Sequence record: SRR31156797_760 | Strand: one strand, 5' to 3' | DNA length: 64,000 bases | Shown: positions 18,426 to 30,201 of the stretch, one piece after another | How the letters are laid out: each line of letters opens with the position of its first letter | Numbering within the stretch: position 1 is the stretch's first letter | Notes under the pieces: model-generated | What the model was told of the DNA's origin: nothing | The model's input: the letters and a program-made list of their open reading frames with translations, nothing else | Databases searched by the model: none | Made by a program: the position numbers and the translations under genes

Positions 18426-20387
18426 ATGGCAAAGGACAGTAAAAGGCGCACCGATCTAAGCGGAATCAAAATAGGGCTAGTCATAGCCTTGTTTACGGTT
18501 GCGCTTACTGGTTTGTGGGCTAGAGCCGGATGGGTTCAACTCCATGACGGCGATTATCTGGCCAATAAGGCCTCCAAACAAAGCCTCGCCGCCGAATGTG
18601 AATACGGTGAACGGGGCCGCATCTTTGACCGCAACGGTCAGATGCTCGCCACCTCTGTCGAAGCCAAATCAATTTTCGCCCGTCCCTATGAAATCGAGAA
18701 TATCGATATAGCGGCAGACACCCTCTCCCGCGACCTTAAGTTGACCCGAAGAACGGTCTACAAAAAGCTCAAATCAAAGAAAAAATTTGTCTGGATAAAA
18801 CGGCAGGTCACAGACCGCGAAGCCGCCGCTATCGCCAAGGCAGACTTATCCGGCGTACGCTTGACCAGTGAATTTAATCGAATTTACCCCAATGGACACC
18901 TTGCCGGGCAGCTGCTTGGTTTCGTTGACATAGACGGTCAGGGTCGTGAAGGCATGGAGTTGGTTTTCAACAAACGAATGACGCCAAGCAAAGCGGACTT
19001 TATCGTACAGCGTGATGCCACGGGCCGCCGCTTGTATCTTGACGCCCATGGACGCGAAATGGACATCAACGGTCTCGATGTCACATTGACCATAGACACC
19101 CATCTCCAACACGCCGCAGAACAAGCTCTTGCAAAATCCATCGCCAAATACGAAGCTCGTGCGGGTATCGTACTCGTGGTCGATGTAAAATCCGGCGACA
19201 TCCTCGCCATGGCTAATCAACCTTTCTTCAATCCGAACATGGTACGCGTATCCAAGCCCTCTCATCGCCGGCTGCGTCCCATTACTGATATCTATGAACC
19301 CGGTTCCACCATGAAACCGTTCCTGTTTGCTGCCGCTCTTGAAGAAGGTGTGATCGAGCCGGACACCCTGATTAATTGCGAAAACGGCAGGTGGCGCGTA
19401 GCCCGCAAGGTGATTCGGGATACTCACCCGGAAAAATGGCTGCCAGCGCACAAGGTCCTTCGCTATTCATCCAACATCGGATGCGCCAAAATCGGTATGG
19501 ATATGGGCGCGAGTGTTTATCATTCTTACTTGACCAAGCTCGGCTTCGGTGAGAAGACCGGCCTCGGTCTGCCGGGTGAATCTTCCGGCATTGTCATGCC
19601 TGCCAAAAAATGGACATCCGTTGATTTGGCGGCCATCAGCTTCGGTCAGGGAATCGGCACCACGGCCGTCCAGCTCGCCAAGGCTTTTCTCTGCATCGCC
19701 AACGAAGGTGTTACCAAAGACCTTAACTTGGTAAAACAGCCCGAGATTACACGGAAAAACACGGCCATACAAATATTCAGTCCTGAGACCACAGCCAAAG
19801 TCCTCTCCATGATGAAGGATGTGGTTCACGAAGACGGCACCGGACGCAGGGCGCGCATTCAGGGAATCACCATGGCTGGAAAGACTGGTACAGCTCAGAA
19901 AGCCTCTCCCAAAGGCGGCTACGGCGACCAATACATGTCTTCCTTCGTGGCCCTGGTTCCGGCAGACGAACCGGAACTTCTGGTCATTACCATGATCGAC
20001 GAACCACAAAAATCCAACTACGGCTCCATGGTCGCGGCCCCGGTCTGCCGCGAGGTCACCGTGCGGACTCTGGCATACCACGGCAAATTATCCGAAACTC
20101 TCGACACCGTTGTTACCGAAAACATATCTGTCGATTCACTGGCCGAAAAACCACTGCCTCAGGCAGTGACAGCACCTCTGGCACCTGCCGACACCAACGC
20201 AGTGCCAAACATTACCGGGATGCCCGTTCGCAGGGCTCTGGAGTTGCTGACGAAAATGGGAATAGTCCCTGTGCTCAAAGGGCAGGGAATGACGGTCAAA
20301 AGCCAAAAGCCCGCAGCCGGGCAACCATGGCCCACAGACCAAAACACGGAGGGTACGGATGATGTTTTTGTTCTCTGGCTCTCATAG
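18426..20387 (+). CDS. ftsI: Penicillin-binding protein 3 with C-terminal PASTA domain
   Basis: RGRIFDRNG, EPGSTMK, SSN, GKTGTAQ. Confidence 0.95.
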   Translation: MAKDSKRRTDLSGIKIGLVIALFTVALTGLWARAGWVQLHDGDYLANKASKQSLAAECEYGERGRIFDRNGQMLATSVEAKSIFARPYEIENIDIAADTLSRDLKLTRRTVYKKLKSKKKFVWIKRQVTDREAAAIAKADLSGVRLTSEFNRIYPNGHLAGQLLGFVDIDGQGREGMELVFNKRMTPSKADFIVQRDATGRRLYLDAHGREMDINGLDVTLTIDTHLQHAAEQALAKSIAKYEARAGIVLVVDVKSGDILAMANQPFFNPNMVRVSKPSHRRLRPITDIYEPGSTMKPFLFAAALEEGVIEPDTLINCENGRWRVARKVIRDTHPEKWLPAHKVLRYSSNIGCAKIGMDMGASVYHSYLTKLGFGEKTGLGLPGESSGIVMPAKKWTSVDLAAISFGQGIGTTAVQLAKAFLCIANEGVTKDLNLVKQPEITRKNTAIQIFSPETTAKVLSMMKDVVHEDGTGRRARIQGITMAGKTGTAQKASPKGGYGDQYMSSFVALVPADEPELLVITMIDEPQKSNYGSMVAAPVCREVTVRTLAYHGKLSETLDTVVTENISVDSLAEKPLPQAVTAPLAPADTNAVPNITGMPVRRALELLTKMGIVPVLKGQGMTVKSQKPAAGQPWPTDQNTEGTDDVFVLWLS

Positions 20388-20418
20388 TGGCAAGGAAAAG
20401 GACGAGGAACACGGCGTT

Positions 20419-21891
20419 ATGGAATTTGAAGCCCTGCTGAAAAAAGCGGAAAAAGGCCTTGTTGTGCGCACTGACTCGCGCAAAGTTCAGGATGGAGAAT
20501 GCTTTGTCGCCATGCCCGGAACTGCGGTCCGCGGACTCGACTACATCCCCAGTGCTCTAGACAATGGTGCGCGCTATATTGTCGCACCCGAAAGTGCCCG
20601 TGATCTTGTTGCTCCCGTTGTGGAAGAAAAAGCCTTAGCTGTGTACGTGGAAAATCCCGCCGTAGCTCTTGGGGAACTCGCCCGTGCCCATTTTCATCTC
20701 ACGGACCGCGACGTCAAACTGGTGGGAATTACCGGCACCAACGGCAAAACCACGACCTCTTACATCATCGAACACCTGCTCGCCTCCACAGGACTGAAGG
20801 TCGGCGTACTCGGCACGGTTAATTACCGCTGGCCCGGTTTCCAAATCGAAGCATCCCTGACCACCCCGGACTGCTGGATGATCCACGAACTGATCTTCAA
20901 CATGAAAAAAGCCGATGTGGATGTCGTCCTCATGGAAGTATCCTCCCACGCGTTGGAACAGTATCGCGTAGCTGGTCTCGACTTCAACGCCGGGATCTTC
21001 ACCAATCTCACACAGGATCATCTCGACTACCACGGCGACATGGAAACTTATTTTAGAGCCAAGGCCAAACTTTTCAAGGATTACCCGACGGAAACCAAAG
21101 CGAACATTTCCAACTATAACGATCCGTATGGCCGTATCCTCCTTGCAGAATGCCCCGACTCCATCGGATATGGTATCGGCGACATCTCCACCGTTCGACA
21201 GGAAGTCGGGGATCGAGAAATGGTACAAGGCCGTATCGTTTCCATGGACGGGCAAGGCATCGAGCTGGAAACCACGTACAAAGGGAAAAGCTGGACCGTT
21301 CATTCTCCTTTAATCGGTGCATTCAACGCCATGAACCTGATGGCCGCGCAGGCTGTTGGCCTTCAACTCGGACTCAACTGCAAGGATATGCGGTCGTTAA
21401 AGAACTTCCCCGGTGTCCCCGGTCGTCTCGAACGCGTCATAAACGACCATGGCCTTGATGTTTTCGTAGACTTCGCCCACACACCGGACGCTTTGGAAAA
21501 CGTTCAGCACACACTCAAATCACTTAATTTCAAACGCCTTATCACCCTGTTCGGCTGTGGTGGAGACCGAGATCGCACCAAACGCCCGATCATGGGTCAG
21601 GCCGTAGCGCGATATGCAGATGTGGCCGTCCTCACATCAGACAATCCCCGCTCTGAGGATCCCATGATGATCATGGACGATATCCGCCCCGGACTGGCAG
21701 GCACCCCTCAGGTGATAGAACACCCTGATCGCAAAACCGCCATCGCCATGGCTCTTGAGGAAATGGAACAGGGGGACGTTCTGTTGGTTGCAGGGAGAGG
21801 ACATGAGCCAAACCAAAAAATCAACGGTGAAATTATCCCCTTCCTTGATACGGAAGTTACTGCCCAACTGCTTGAGGAAATGTATTCGTGA
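20419..21891 (+). CDS. murE: UDP-MurNAc-tripeptide ligase (meso-DAP type)
   Basis: GITGTNGKTT, MEVSSH, DHLDYH, DNPR; GAGGA SD before ATG 20419. Confidence 0.95.
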   Translation: MEFEALLKKAEKGLVVRTDSRKVQDGECFVAMPGTAVRGLDYIPSALDNGARYIVAPESARDLVAPVVEEKALAVYVENPAVALGELARAHFHLTDRDVKLVGITGTNGKTTTSYIIEHLLASTGLKVGVLGTVNYRWPGFQIEASLTTPDCWMIHELIFNMKKADVDVVLMEVSSHALEQYRVAGLDFNAGIFTNLTQDHLDYHGDMETYFRAKAKLFKDYPTETKANISNYNDPYGRILLAECPDSIGYGIGDISTVRQEVGDREMVQGRIVSMDGQGIELETTYKGKSWTVHSPLIGAFNAMNLMAAQAVGLQLGLNCKDMRSLKNFPGVPGRLERVINDHGLDVFVDFAHTPDALENVQHTLKSLNFKRLITLFGCGGDRDRTKRPIMGQAVARYADVAVLTSDNPRSEDPMMIMDDIRPGLAGTPQVIEHPDRKTAIAMALEEMEQGDVLLVAGRGHEPNQKINGEIIPFLDTEVTAQLLEEMYS

Positions 21892-23276
21892 ATCTGACAT
21901 TGGCTGACGTAGAACGCTGCCTCGGCGGCATGGCTGAAGAGGGCCACACTAAAATCGTCATCGCCTCGGTGAAGACAGACTCTCGCACCGTGGAAAAGGG
22001 GGACCTGTTCTTCTGCGTCAGCGGCGAAAACTTTGACGGCCATGAATTTGCTGCACAGGCTGCAAAACAGGGTGCTGCCGCTATCGTCGCATCCCGCATG
22101 CTCGACGATGTGGATACCCCTGTCATCATGGTCCGCGATACCGTTGATGCGCTGGGTCGTCTGGCCGCGTGCTGGCGCGACATGTGCGGTGCCAAACTCA
22201 TTGCAGTCACCGGCACGGCAGGGAAAACCACGGTCAAGGAAATGCTCTACGCCGTAGCCTCGCAAAAATTCAACACAGCCAAAAACTATCGCAATTTCAA
22301 CAACCAGATAGGCCTGCCCTTGTCCATGCTCAAGTCCACCGTCGAACAGGAACTCTGGATCATGGAACTGGGTATTTCCCAACGTGGCGACATGAATGAA
22401 CTGGCCCCTATCGCCAGCCCGGACATAGCGGTCATCACCAACGTCGGCCCCGGTCATCTGGAAGGACTGGGCAACGAAGCTGGTGTCGCTCAAGCCAAAT
22501 CCACCCTGCTCAGATATTTACGTCAGCCCGGTTCTGCTATTATTTCGATGGACTATCCATTACTCTGGGACGCAGCCCGCGAACTCGTGGATGCCCCTGT
22601 CGGATTCTCCACCAACAACGATTCTCACACCTCCTTTGTTGCCTCGTTTCTCGGGGCCGAAGCCGGTAATCTGGGACGTTTCCGGCTTCGGACCCCCGAG
22701 GGCGAGGAAGAATTCGAGGCCCCATTCTGCGGCGAACACTATGCCGAAAATTTAGCCTGCGTAGCTGCCGTGGCCCATGCTCTCGGCATGAGTCGCGCAG
22801 ACGTTATTTCCGGTGTTCAATCACTTAAACCGGACACCCAACGGTTCTGCTGCAAACCCAATGGCGACCTCATGGTCATCGACGACACATACAACGCCAA
22901 CCCTCTTTCCATGGAACGGTCCATTGAAACCGCTGCCAATATGGCTGACGGCAAACCATTGGCCCTCGTTCTTGGAGACATGCGCGAACTCGGTGATGAA
23001 GCCGTTATGCGCCATGAGGAGCTCGGACGGACCATCAAGGCCATTGCCCCGGCGGTTGTCTTCTATAAAGGTGACCATTTCGAGGACGTTGCACGGGAAT
23101 ACGGCAAAAAAATGCACAAGGTCGACACGCAGGACGATTTCGCCCATGCGTGGCAGTCCTTCGGCGTGGCCGATGGCGTGGTTCTGGTCAAAGGATCGCG
23201 TTCCCTCAAAATGGAACTCTTCGTGTCCGCCTTGTGTGCAGGACGCACTGTGAACGCCCAAGGAGGCCAACAGTGA
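21888..23276 (+). CDS. murF: UDP-MurNAc-tripeptide--D-Ala-D-Ala ligase
   Basis: [32 protein letters not shown]. Confidence 0.95.
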   Translation: MNLTLADVERCLGGMAEEGHTKIVIASVKTDSRTVEKGDLFFCVSGENFDGHEFAAQAAKQGAAAIVASRMLDDVDTPVIMVRDTVDALGRLAACWRDMCGAKLIAVTGTAGKTTVKEMLYAVASQKFNTAKNYRNFNNQIGLPLSMLKSTVEQELWIMELGISQRGDMNELAPIASPDIAVITNVGPGHLEGLGNEAGVAQAKSTLLRYLRQPGSAIISMDYPLLWDAARELVDAPVGFSTNNDSHTSFVASFLGAEAGNLGRFRLRTPEGEEEFEAPFCGEHYAENLACVAAVAHALGMSRADVISGVQSLKPDTQRFCCKPNGDLMVIDDTYNANPLSMERSIETAANMADGKPLALVLGDMRELGDEAVMRHEELGRTIKAIAPAVVFYKGDHFEDVAREYGKKMHKVDTQDDFAHAWQSFGVADGVVLVKGSRSLKMELFVSALCAGRTVNAQGGQQ

Positions 23277-24349
23277 TATATAATTTTCTCGTACCGCTTT
23301 CCACTGACTTGGGTATTCTCAATGTCTTCAGGTACATCACCTTCCGTTCGGTGTGGGCGCTGTTGACCGCTCTCATCATTTCCATCGTGTTCGGTCCAGC
23401 CATGATCCGCTGGCTCAAACGCATCAAATGCGGTCAGTACATCCGCGAAGACGGTCCTCAGCATCAGGCCAAAGAAGGCACCCCGACAATGGGTGGCATC
23501 ATGATCCTGATCAGTGTGGGCGTGTCAACTCTGCTCTGGGCCGACCTGTCCAACATCTACATTTGGCTGACCCTGCTCGTATACTTCGGGTTCAGTGCCA
23601 TCGGTTTCGCCGATGACTACATCAAAGTCGTCAAACGCCAGAATCAGGGATTGTCCGCCAAGGCCAAATTCACCTTGCAATGTCTGGTGACTGCCGTGGC
23701 CATTGCCTTGCTCATTCAGGAGCCAGCCTATTCCACGCAGCTGTCTGTGCCATTCTTCAAGAATTTCAACCCGGACCTCGGCTGGTTCTATCTGCCCTTC
23801 GCCATGGTGGTCATGGTCGGAGCGAGCAACGCGGTCAACCTGACAGACGGACTCGACGGACTTGCCATCGGTCCCATGGTCGTTGCCATGGCCTGCTTTG
23901 CCATTTTCATCTACGTATCCGGCCACGCAAAAATGGCCGATTATCTGCAGGTTCAAAGCATTCAGGGCATCGGTGAAGTAACCATCTTCTGCGGTGCCAT
24001 GGTCGGTGCAGGGCTGGGCTTTCTCTGGTTCAACGCACACCCGGCACAGGTTTTCATGGGTGATGTCGGTTCACTCGGACTCGGCGGCGCGCTCGGATTC
24101 GTGGCCGTACTGGCCAAACAGGAACTCCTGCTCGCCATTGTAGGCGGCGTGTTTGTGTTTGAAACCCTCTCGGTCATTCTTCAGGTCGGATATTTCAAAC
24201 TGACAGGCGGCAAGCGTATCTTCAAAATGGCACCGCTCCATCATCATTTCGAGCTCAAAGGCATCCCTGAATCCAAGATCATTGTCCGATTCTGGATTCT
24301 GTCCATACTCATGGCCCTCATGGCCCTTTCCACACTCAAACTGAGGTAA
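23273..24349 (+). CDS. mraY: Phospho-MurNAc-pentapeptide transferase
   Basis: [42 protein letters not shown] with GTG start. Confidence 0.97.
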   Translation: MIYNFLVPLSTDLGILNVFRYITFRSVWALLTALIISIVFGPAMIRWLKRIKCGQYIREDGPQHQAKEGTPTMGGIMILISVGVSTLLWADLSNIYIWLTLLVYFGFSAIGFADDYIKVVKRQNQGLSAKAKFTLQCLVTAVAIALLIQEPAYSTQLSVPFFKNFNPDLGWFYLPFAMVVMVGASNAVNLTDGLDGLAIGPMVVAMACFAIFIYVSGHAKMADYLQVQSIQGIGEVTIFCGAMVGAGLGFLWFNAHPAQVFMGDVGSLGLGGALGFVAVLAKQELLLAIVGGVFVFETLSVILQVGYFKLTGGKRIFKMAPLHHHFELKGIPESKIIVRFWILSILMALMALSTLKLR

Positions 24350-24362
24350 TCGAGGCATCATC

Positions 24363-25667
24363 GTGAATCGTATCGTCCGCAACTTCATCGACCAACACAT
24401 CCTCTCCGGCAAGCAGGCCGTAGTGGTTGGCGTGGGCAAATCAGGTCTGGCCGCAGCCCGTCTTCTCGACGTGTTGGGTGCCAACGTGCGCGTGGTGGAC
24501 AGAAGCGAAGATGTGACCGAAGAGACTCTGGGTGAACTCAAAGGGAAAGTGGAACTGGTCACTGGACCTCATGAGAAAAAGCATTTTTCAGACGCGGATA
24601 TCATCGTATTCTCCCCCGGTGTACCAGTAAAGAAACTTGCTCCGGTACTGGAAGGAATTGCTCCGCGTACAATGGTCTCCGAACTGGAATTTGCTTCATG
24701 GTTCATCGAGGCCCCCATGTTGGCCGTCACCGGCTCCAACGGCAAAACCACGACCACCACACTCATTTCCGACATTCTGGAACAGGCAGGGCGCACGGTC
24801 TTCACGGGTGGTAACATCGGCGTTCCTCTGTGCGAGTATCTGTTGGACATGGAACCCGCCGAGATCATCGTGCTTGAAGTCTCCAGCTTCCAGCTCCAGA
24901 ATTGCCGCCTGTTCAAACCACATGTCGGTGTATTCCTGAATTTCGCAGCCAACCACCTCGACTACCATGAAGACATGGAAGAATACCTTGAGGCCAAGCT
25001 GACGCTGTTCAACCGCATGACCGGCGAAGATATTGCCCTCATGCATGAATCCCTACGTGACGTTATGAAGGACCGCTCCTTCACCAATGCCCATGTCCAA
25101 TGGTTCGACGCAACAGACCGTTTCGACGCCCCTCATCTTCCCGGAGAACACAACCGCTCCAATGTGGAAGCCGCGTGGCAGGCAGTGAAACAGTTCGGCG
25201 TAACCAAAGAACAAGCTGCCAAAACCATCCTCAATTTCAAGCCGCTAGCTCACCGCATCGAACCTGTTGGTGAAAAAAAGGGCGTCCTGTACGTCAACGA
25301 TTCCAAAGCCACCACACTGGAAGCAGCTTTGGCCGCAGTCCGCTCTTTCGATCGTCCGGTCCGCATTCTCATGGGCGGTGTATGGAAAGGCGGCGATGTG
25401 GTCGCTTTTGCCAAGGGCATTAAAGGGTCAGTTGTTCACGTAGGATTGTTCGGCGGAGCCAGAGAAGAACTGGAACCGGAACTGTCCAAATCGTTCCCTG
25501 TGACATGGGATGAAACGTTGGAGAAGGCAATCAAACGGCAGGCTGCCAAAGCCGATACTGGCGACGTCATCCTGCTTTCCCCAGCCACGGCCAGCTTTGA
25601 TCAATACAACGGCATGGCCCAACGCGGTGCAGACTTCAAGCGTGTTGTGGGAGGTCTTGATGACTAA
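24363..25667 (+). CDS. murD: UDP-MurNAc-Ala--D-Glu ligase
   Basis: TGSNGKTTT, GGNIG, LEVSSFQL, NDSKAT, LSPATASFD. Confidence 0.96.
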   Translation: MNRIVRNFIDQHILSGKQAVVVGVGKSGLAAARLLDVLGANVRVVDRSEDVTEETLGELKGKVELVTGPHEKKHFSDADIIVFSPGVPVKKLAPVLEGIAPRTMVSELEFASWFIEAPMLAVTGSNGKTTTTTLISDILEQAGRTVFTGGNIGVPLCEYLLDMEPAEIIVLEVSSFQLQNCRLFKPHVGVFLNFAANHLDYHEDMEEYLEAKLTLFNRMTGEDIALMHESLRDVMKDRSFTNAHVQWFDATDRFDAPHLPGEHNRSNVEAAWQAVKQFGVTKEQAAKTILNFKPLAHRIEPVGEKKGVLYVNDSKATTLEAALAAVRSFDRPVRILMGGVWKGGDVVAFAKGIKGSVVHVGLFGGAREELEPELSKSFPVTWDETLEKAIKRQAAKADTGDVILLSPATASFDQYNGMAQRGADFKRVVGGLDD

Positions 25668-26784
25668 CCGCCTCAACGCCAAGAAAAACGGAACCGCCAG
25701 AGGCCGCATTGATCCGTGGCTGCTCACTGCCACCATGATTCTCGGCGGCTTCGGCCTCATCATGGTCCTGTCCTCATCCGGCATCATGGCCGAACGGGTC
25801 TATGGCGATAAATATTTCTTCTTCAAACGGCAACTCATGTTCACAGGCGTGGGCCTCGCTGCCATGTTCTGCTGCATGCAGATTCCCCGGCGAGTGCTCT
25901 ACTCCATGACTTATATATGGGTCGGCATTGCCATTACACTGCTCGGGTTATGTATCTCGCCACTCGGTGTCTCGGTCAACGGGGCCAGTCGATGGATCAA
26001 TCTGGGACCGGTCAATCTCCAGCCTCTAGAATACGCCAAAGTCGCGCTGGTACTGTACCTCGCCTACTTTTTCGCTCGAAAACAGGACATGGTCCGCACC
26101 TTCTCAGTCGGATTTTTACCGCCTTTCCTCGTAACCGGCTTCCTGTGCGGACTGTTGTTACTGCAACCCGATTTCGGTGGCGCCGTGGTCATGTCCGGCC
26201 TGCTCTTCTTCATGTGTCTGGTAGGCGGCACCCGGTTCAGCTACCTGTTTATCTCGCTTATTTTCGCCGGTGGCGCGGGATGGTTGCTCATCTCGTCTTC
26301 CCCATATCGCTTCAAACGGTGGACTGCCTTTCTTGATCCGTTCGCCTCGGCACAAAATGAAGGCTACCAACTGGTGCAATCTCTGTACGCCTTTGGTTCC
26401 GGCAAAATTTTCGGCACCGGCATCGGTGCAGGCCAGCGCAAACTGTTCTTCCTGCCCGAAGCACACAACGATTTCATCATGGCCGTGGTCGGTGAAGAAC
26501 TCGGTTTTGTCGGTATGTCCCTTTTCTTTATCGCCATTGGATTTTTCCTTATCAGAGCCTTCCGTGTGACGCTCAAGGTGGAAGACCTGCAAGACAGATT
26601 CACCGCATTCGGTGTGACCTGCATTCTGGCCCTCGGCATGATCCTGAACCTTGCGGTCGTACTGGGCACAGTTCCACCCAAGGGCGTTGCCATGCCATTT
26701 ATCAGCTATGGCGGTTCCAGTCTGACTGTCTCCTTCATCTGCGCAGGTATCCTGCTGAATCTCTCCCGGAGGGTAAAAGCATGA
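25660..26784 (+). CDS. ftsW: SEDS glycosyltransferase FtsW
   Basis: NGASRW, QPDFG, LPEAHNDF, PFISYGGSS. Confidence 0.95.
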   Translation: MTNRLNAKKNGTARGRIDPWLLTATMILGGFGLIMVLSSSGIMAERVYGDKYFFFKRQLMFTGVGLAAMFCCMQIPRRVLYSMTYIWVGIAITLLGLCISPLGVSVNGASRWINLGPVNLQPLEYAKVALVLYLAYFFARKQDMVRTFSVGFLPPFLVTGFLCGLLLLQPDFGGAVVMSGLLFFMCLVGGTRFSYLFISLIFAGGAGWLLISSSPYRFKRWTAFLDPFASAQNEGYQLVQSLYAFGSGKIFGTGIGAGQRKLFFLPEAHNDFIMAVVGEELGFVGMSLFFIAIGFFLIRAFRVTLKVEDLQDRFTAFGVTCILALGMILNLAVVLGTVPPKGVAMPFISYGGSSLTVSFICAGILLNLSRRVKA

Positions 26785-27860
26785 CGCTCAACAGAGTTGT
26801 TCTCACCACAGGCGGCACAGGCGGCCACATCTTCCCGGCTTTGGCCGTTGCCACAGAACTCACCTTGCGCAACAAAGGTGTTGAAATCATGTTCATGGGC
26901 GGTCCCGGCCCGGAAGGCGACATGGCACGCAAGCATGGTCTCCGTTTTCTGGAACTTCCAGCCTCAGGCATTATGGGACGAGGAATTCCCGGCCTCCTTT
27001 CCGGCCTTGGCTGGCTCGGCACAGGCCTGCCCAAAGCCGTCGCCGCAGTCTGGGGATTCAAGCCGGACGCAGTTATCGGTTTCGGCGGTTATGCAGGCTT
27101 CTGCCCCGTTGTTGCAGCCAAGATTCTCGGTATCCCCACGGCTATCCACGAACAAAATTCCGTTCCCGGCATGGCCAACAAGGTGCTGGGCAAAATGGTC
27201 AAACGAATTTTCTTAAGCTTTCCGGACGCCCTGCGGGTGTTCCCGACGCACAAAACGTATCTCACCGGCAATCCGGTGCGACTCGACATCATCAAAGCGG
27301 CATCCAAGCGCAGAGCCAGACCTGAAGGCAAACGAGTTCTCGTACTCGGAGGCAGTCAGGGCGCACGGCCCATCAATGATGCCGTTATCAAGGCACTCCC
27401 CTCGCTCATGGAGGCAGGTGTCACTTTGGTGCATCAGGCAGGCAAAATGGACTTCAACAGAGTTCGCGCCTCCTATGAAACTGCAGGATCCGATCCTGCA
27501 CAGGTGCACGAATTTATCGAGGACATGGGGACCGAATATGCACTCTGTGATCTGGCAATTTGCCGATCCGGCGCAACAACGGTCTTCGAAATCGCGGCGG
27601 CAGGGGTTCCGGCCATTTTCGTGCCTTTCCCCCAAGCCACCCACAACCATCAGACAATGAACGCCAAAGCCATGTCGGACATCGGCGCGGCCCGGTTGCT
27701 CCCCCAGTCGGAACTGACTGGGGAATCGTTGGCGACCGCCACACTGGATTTGCTCAACACCCCCGAGCAGTTGACCGACATGGAAACAGCGGCACGCGAT
27801 TTCGCCAAGGTGAAAGCGGCCGCGGATATAGCGTCAGGGTTGGAAGCCCTGACGGCGTAG
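26781..27860 (+). CDS. murG: Lipid II GlcNAc transferase
   Basis: [24 protein letters not shown]. Confidence 0.96.
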   Translation: MTLNRVVLTTGGTGGHIFPALAVATELTLRNKGVEIMFMGGPGPEGDMARKHGLRFLELPASGIMGRGIPGLLSGLGWLGTGLPKAVAAVWGFKPDAVIGFGGYAGFCPVVAAKILGIPTAIHEQNSVPGMANKVLGKMVKRIFLSFPDALRVFPTHKTYLTGNPVRLDIIKAASKRRARPEGKRVLVLGGSQGARPINDAVIKALPSLMEAGVTLVHQAGKMDFNRVRASYETAGSDPAQVHEFIEDMGTEYALCDLAICRSGATTVFEIAAAGVPAIFVPFPQATHNHQTMNAKAMSDIGAARLLPQSELTGESLATATLDLLNTPEQLTDMETAARDFAKVKAAADIASGLEALTA

Positions 27861-27870
27861 GAGTATAGTT

Positions 27871-29310
27871 ATGGCAGCACAAGGACCATACCTGACTATC
27901 GGCGGCGAAGCTTGCCCGGCAATGCGCGCTCGCGTGAACACCATTCATATGGTGGGCATCGGCGGCTCTGGCATGAACGGCATCGCAGAAGTTCTCATCA
28001 ACATGGGATTCGAAATCACTGGCTCGGATCTGTCCGCCTCGGCGGCAGTCAGACGACTGGAAAAACTCGGAGCCACGGTTTTCATCGGCCATGGCGCGGA
28101 CAACGTGGGCAACGCTGATGTGCTCATCAAGTCCACGGCCATCCCTTCCAAAAACCCGGAACTGGTGGAAGCCCGTGAACGCGGTATCCCCATCATCCCC
28201 CGTGCCGAAATGCTGGCCGAACTCATGCGGTTGCGCACCGGCATCGCCGTTGCCGGAACCCATGGCAAGACCACGACCACTTCACTCATGGCAACAATTT
28301 TCACGGAAGCAGGTCTTGATCCCACTGTCATCATCGGCGGCAAGCTGAATACGTACGGCGCCAACGCACGACTCGGCGACGGCGATTACCTCATTGCCGA
28401 AGCTGATGAGTCTGATGGTTCGTTCCTCCGCCTGTCCCCGATCATCACCGTGGTGACAAACGTGGACAAGGACCACATGGATTTCTACGACAATCAGGAT
28501 GCCATTGACCTGTCATTCATCCGATTCATGAACTCCATCCCCTTCTACGGCATGAACGTGGTCTGCGGCGATGACGAGGGGGTACAGCGATTGCTGCCTC
28601 TGATCAAACGCCCATATCTGACCTACGGAATCGGACCGCAGAATCGCCTGCGCGGTGAAATCCTCAGCTCTCACCTGCGCTCTTTGTTCAAAGTCTATCT
28701 GGACGGCGAAGAATGGGGTGAAGTCACCGTGGCGCAGCCCGGCACTCACAACGTGCTGAACTCTTTGGCCTGCATCGGCGTGGCCCTTGAAGCGGGACTG
28801 AAAAAAGAAGACATCATCGCCGGCCTTGCCAACTTTGGCGGCGTGGGCCGTCGTTTTGACCGCAAAGGTGAACATAAAGGCGTCATGGTCGTGGATGACT
28901 ATGGCCATCACCCGGCTGAGATTCAGGCCAACCTCAAAACCGCCAAGGAGTGCTATCCTGATCGGCGGTTGGTTGTAGCCTTTCAGCCGCACCGTTTTTC
29001 ACGGACACAGGCTCTATTCGGCGAATTTTGCAAAGCATTCACTGACGCGGACCTGCTCCTGCTCACGGAAATTTATCCGGCATCGGAATCGCCCATTCCC
29101 GGCGTCTCCGGTCTTTCTCTGGCTCAGGGAATCAAACAGGTTTCTGAAACCAAGGTGCAGTTTTTCCCGGATTTCGATTCCATTGAAAAACGACTCAAAG
29201 ACACACTCAAACCCGGCGACCTGTTCATGACACAAGGAGCAGGTTCCATCTGGCGCATCGGTGAGAACTGGCTCAACCAGGACGACGAACCGAACGACAA
29301 CGAGGAATAG
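27871..29310 (+). CDS. murC: UDP-MurNAc--L-Ala ligase
   Basis: [34 protein letters not shown]. Confidence 0.97.
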   Translation: MAAQGPYLTIGGEACPAMRARVNTIHMVGIGGSGMNGIAEVLINMGFEITGSDLSASAAVRRLEKLGATVFIGHGADNVGNADVLIKSTAIPSKNPELVEARERGIPIIPRAEMLAELMRLRTGIAVAGTHGKTTTTSLMATIFTEAGLDPTVIIGGKLNTYGANARLGDGDYLIAEADESDGSFLRLSPIITVVTNVDKDHMDFYDNQDAIDLSFIRFMNSIPFYGMNVVCGDDEGVQRLLPLIKRPYLTYGIGPQNRLRGEILSSHLRSLFKVYLDGEEWGEVTVAQPGTHNVLNSLACIGVALEAGLKKEDIIAGLANFGGVGRRFDRKGEHKGVMVVDDYGHHPAEIQANLKTAKECYPDRRLVVAFQPHRFSRTQALFGEFCKAFTDADLLLLTEIYPASESPIPGVSGLSLAQGIKQVSETKVQFFPDFDSIEKRLKDTLKPGDLFMTQGAGSIWRIGENWLNQDDEPNDNEE

Positions 29311-29319
29311 GGGGCACAT

Positions 29320-30201
29320 ATGGGCCTTGAATTCATATCCAATCCGTCGCTTTCCGAGCGAACGAGCTTACGCCTTGGCGGAACCGCCGAAGTGGAAGTC
29401 GTGGTGCGCGACAAACAGGACCTTGATGCCCTGTCCGATTTTCTTCTGAAAGAAACCCTGCGCCCCTTCGTTATCGGCGAAGGATCCAACCTGTTGGCAC
29501 AAGATGGTCAACTCGATGTGGCACTTATTCGGACAGAAACGCCTCCGGGTCCCGAACGAGTGGAAAAGGATGACAGCACTCTCATTGTCCGTTGCGGCGC
29601 AGGTCAACGCCTGCCCGGACTGCTCGGATGGGCACAGATGGCAGGCTTGTCCGGTCTTGAAGGACTCACCGGCATCCCCGGCTCCGTCGGAGGGTGCGTC
29701 GCCATGAATGCAGGTTCCTATGGCACGGAAATAGGTGACCTCGTAACCCGTGTCAGGCTGTGGGCGCCAGGTCAGGGATTGATCTGGTTGGACCGTGACC
29801 AATGTGAATTTTCCTATCGCCACTTCTCCCCCGGCATTGCCATGGGCAAATGCCTGATCTGGGAAGTAGAAATGGCCTTGAGCGAAGTTGATCCCAAAAA
29901 AGTACGCAAAACCATGCAGGACAACTACGAAAAGAAAAAAGCCACTCAACCGGTCACGGCCAGAACCGCTGGTTGCGTTTTCAAAAATCCCGAAGGCCAA
30001 AGCGCAGGGCTTCTGCTCGACAAGGCAGGGATGAAGGGCACCAGACTTGGAGACATGCTCTTCTCTGATATCCACGCTAACTTCCTCGTCAACAAGGGCA
30101 AGGGAACCAGCGATGCAGCTCTGGAACTAATCGAAATGGGCCGTGCAGCCGTCAAGGAACAATTTGACGTCAATCTGGAAATGGAGGTCATCATACTGTG
30201 A
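29320..30201 (+). CDS. murB: UDP-N-acetylenolpyruvoylglucosamine reductase
   Basis: GEGSNLL, GIPGSVGG, MNAG, GCVFKNP, HANF. Confidence 0.95.
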   Translation: MGLEFISNPSLSERTSLRLGGTAEVEVVVRDKQDLDALSDFLLKETLRPFVIGEGSNLLAQDGQLDVALIRTETPPGPERVEKDDSTLIVRCGAGQRLPGLLGWAQMAGLSGLEGLTGIPGSVGGCVAMNAGSYGTEIGDLVTRVRLWAPGQGLIWLDRDQCEFSYRHFSPGIAMGKCLIWEVEMALSEVDPKKVRKTMQDNYEKKKATQPVTARTAGCVFKNPEGQSAGLLLDKAGMKGTRLGDMLFSDIHANFLVNKGKGTSDAALELIEMGRAAVKEQFDVNLEMEVIIL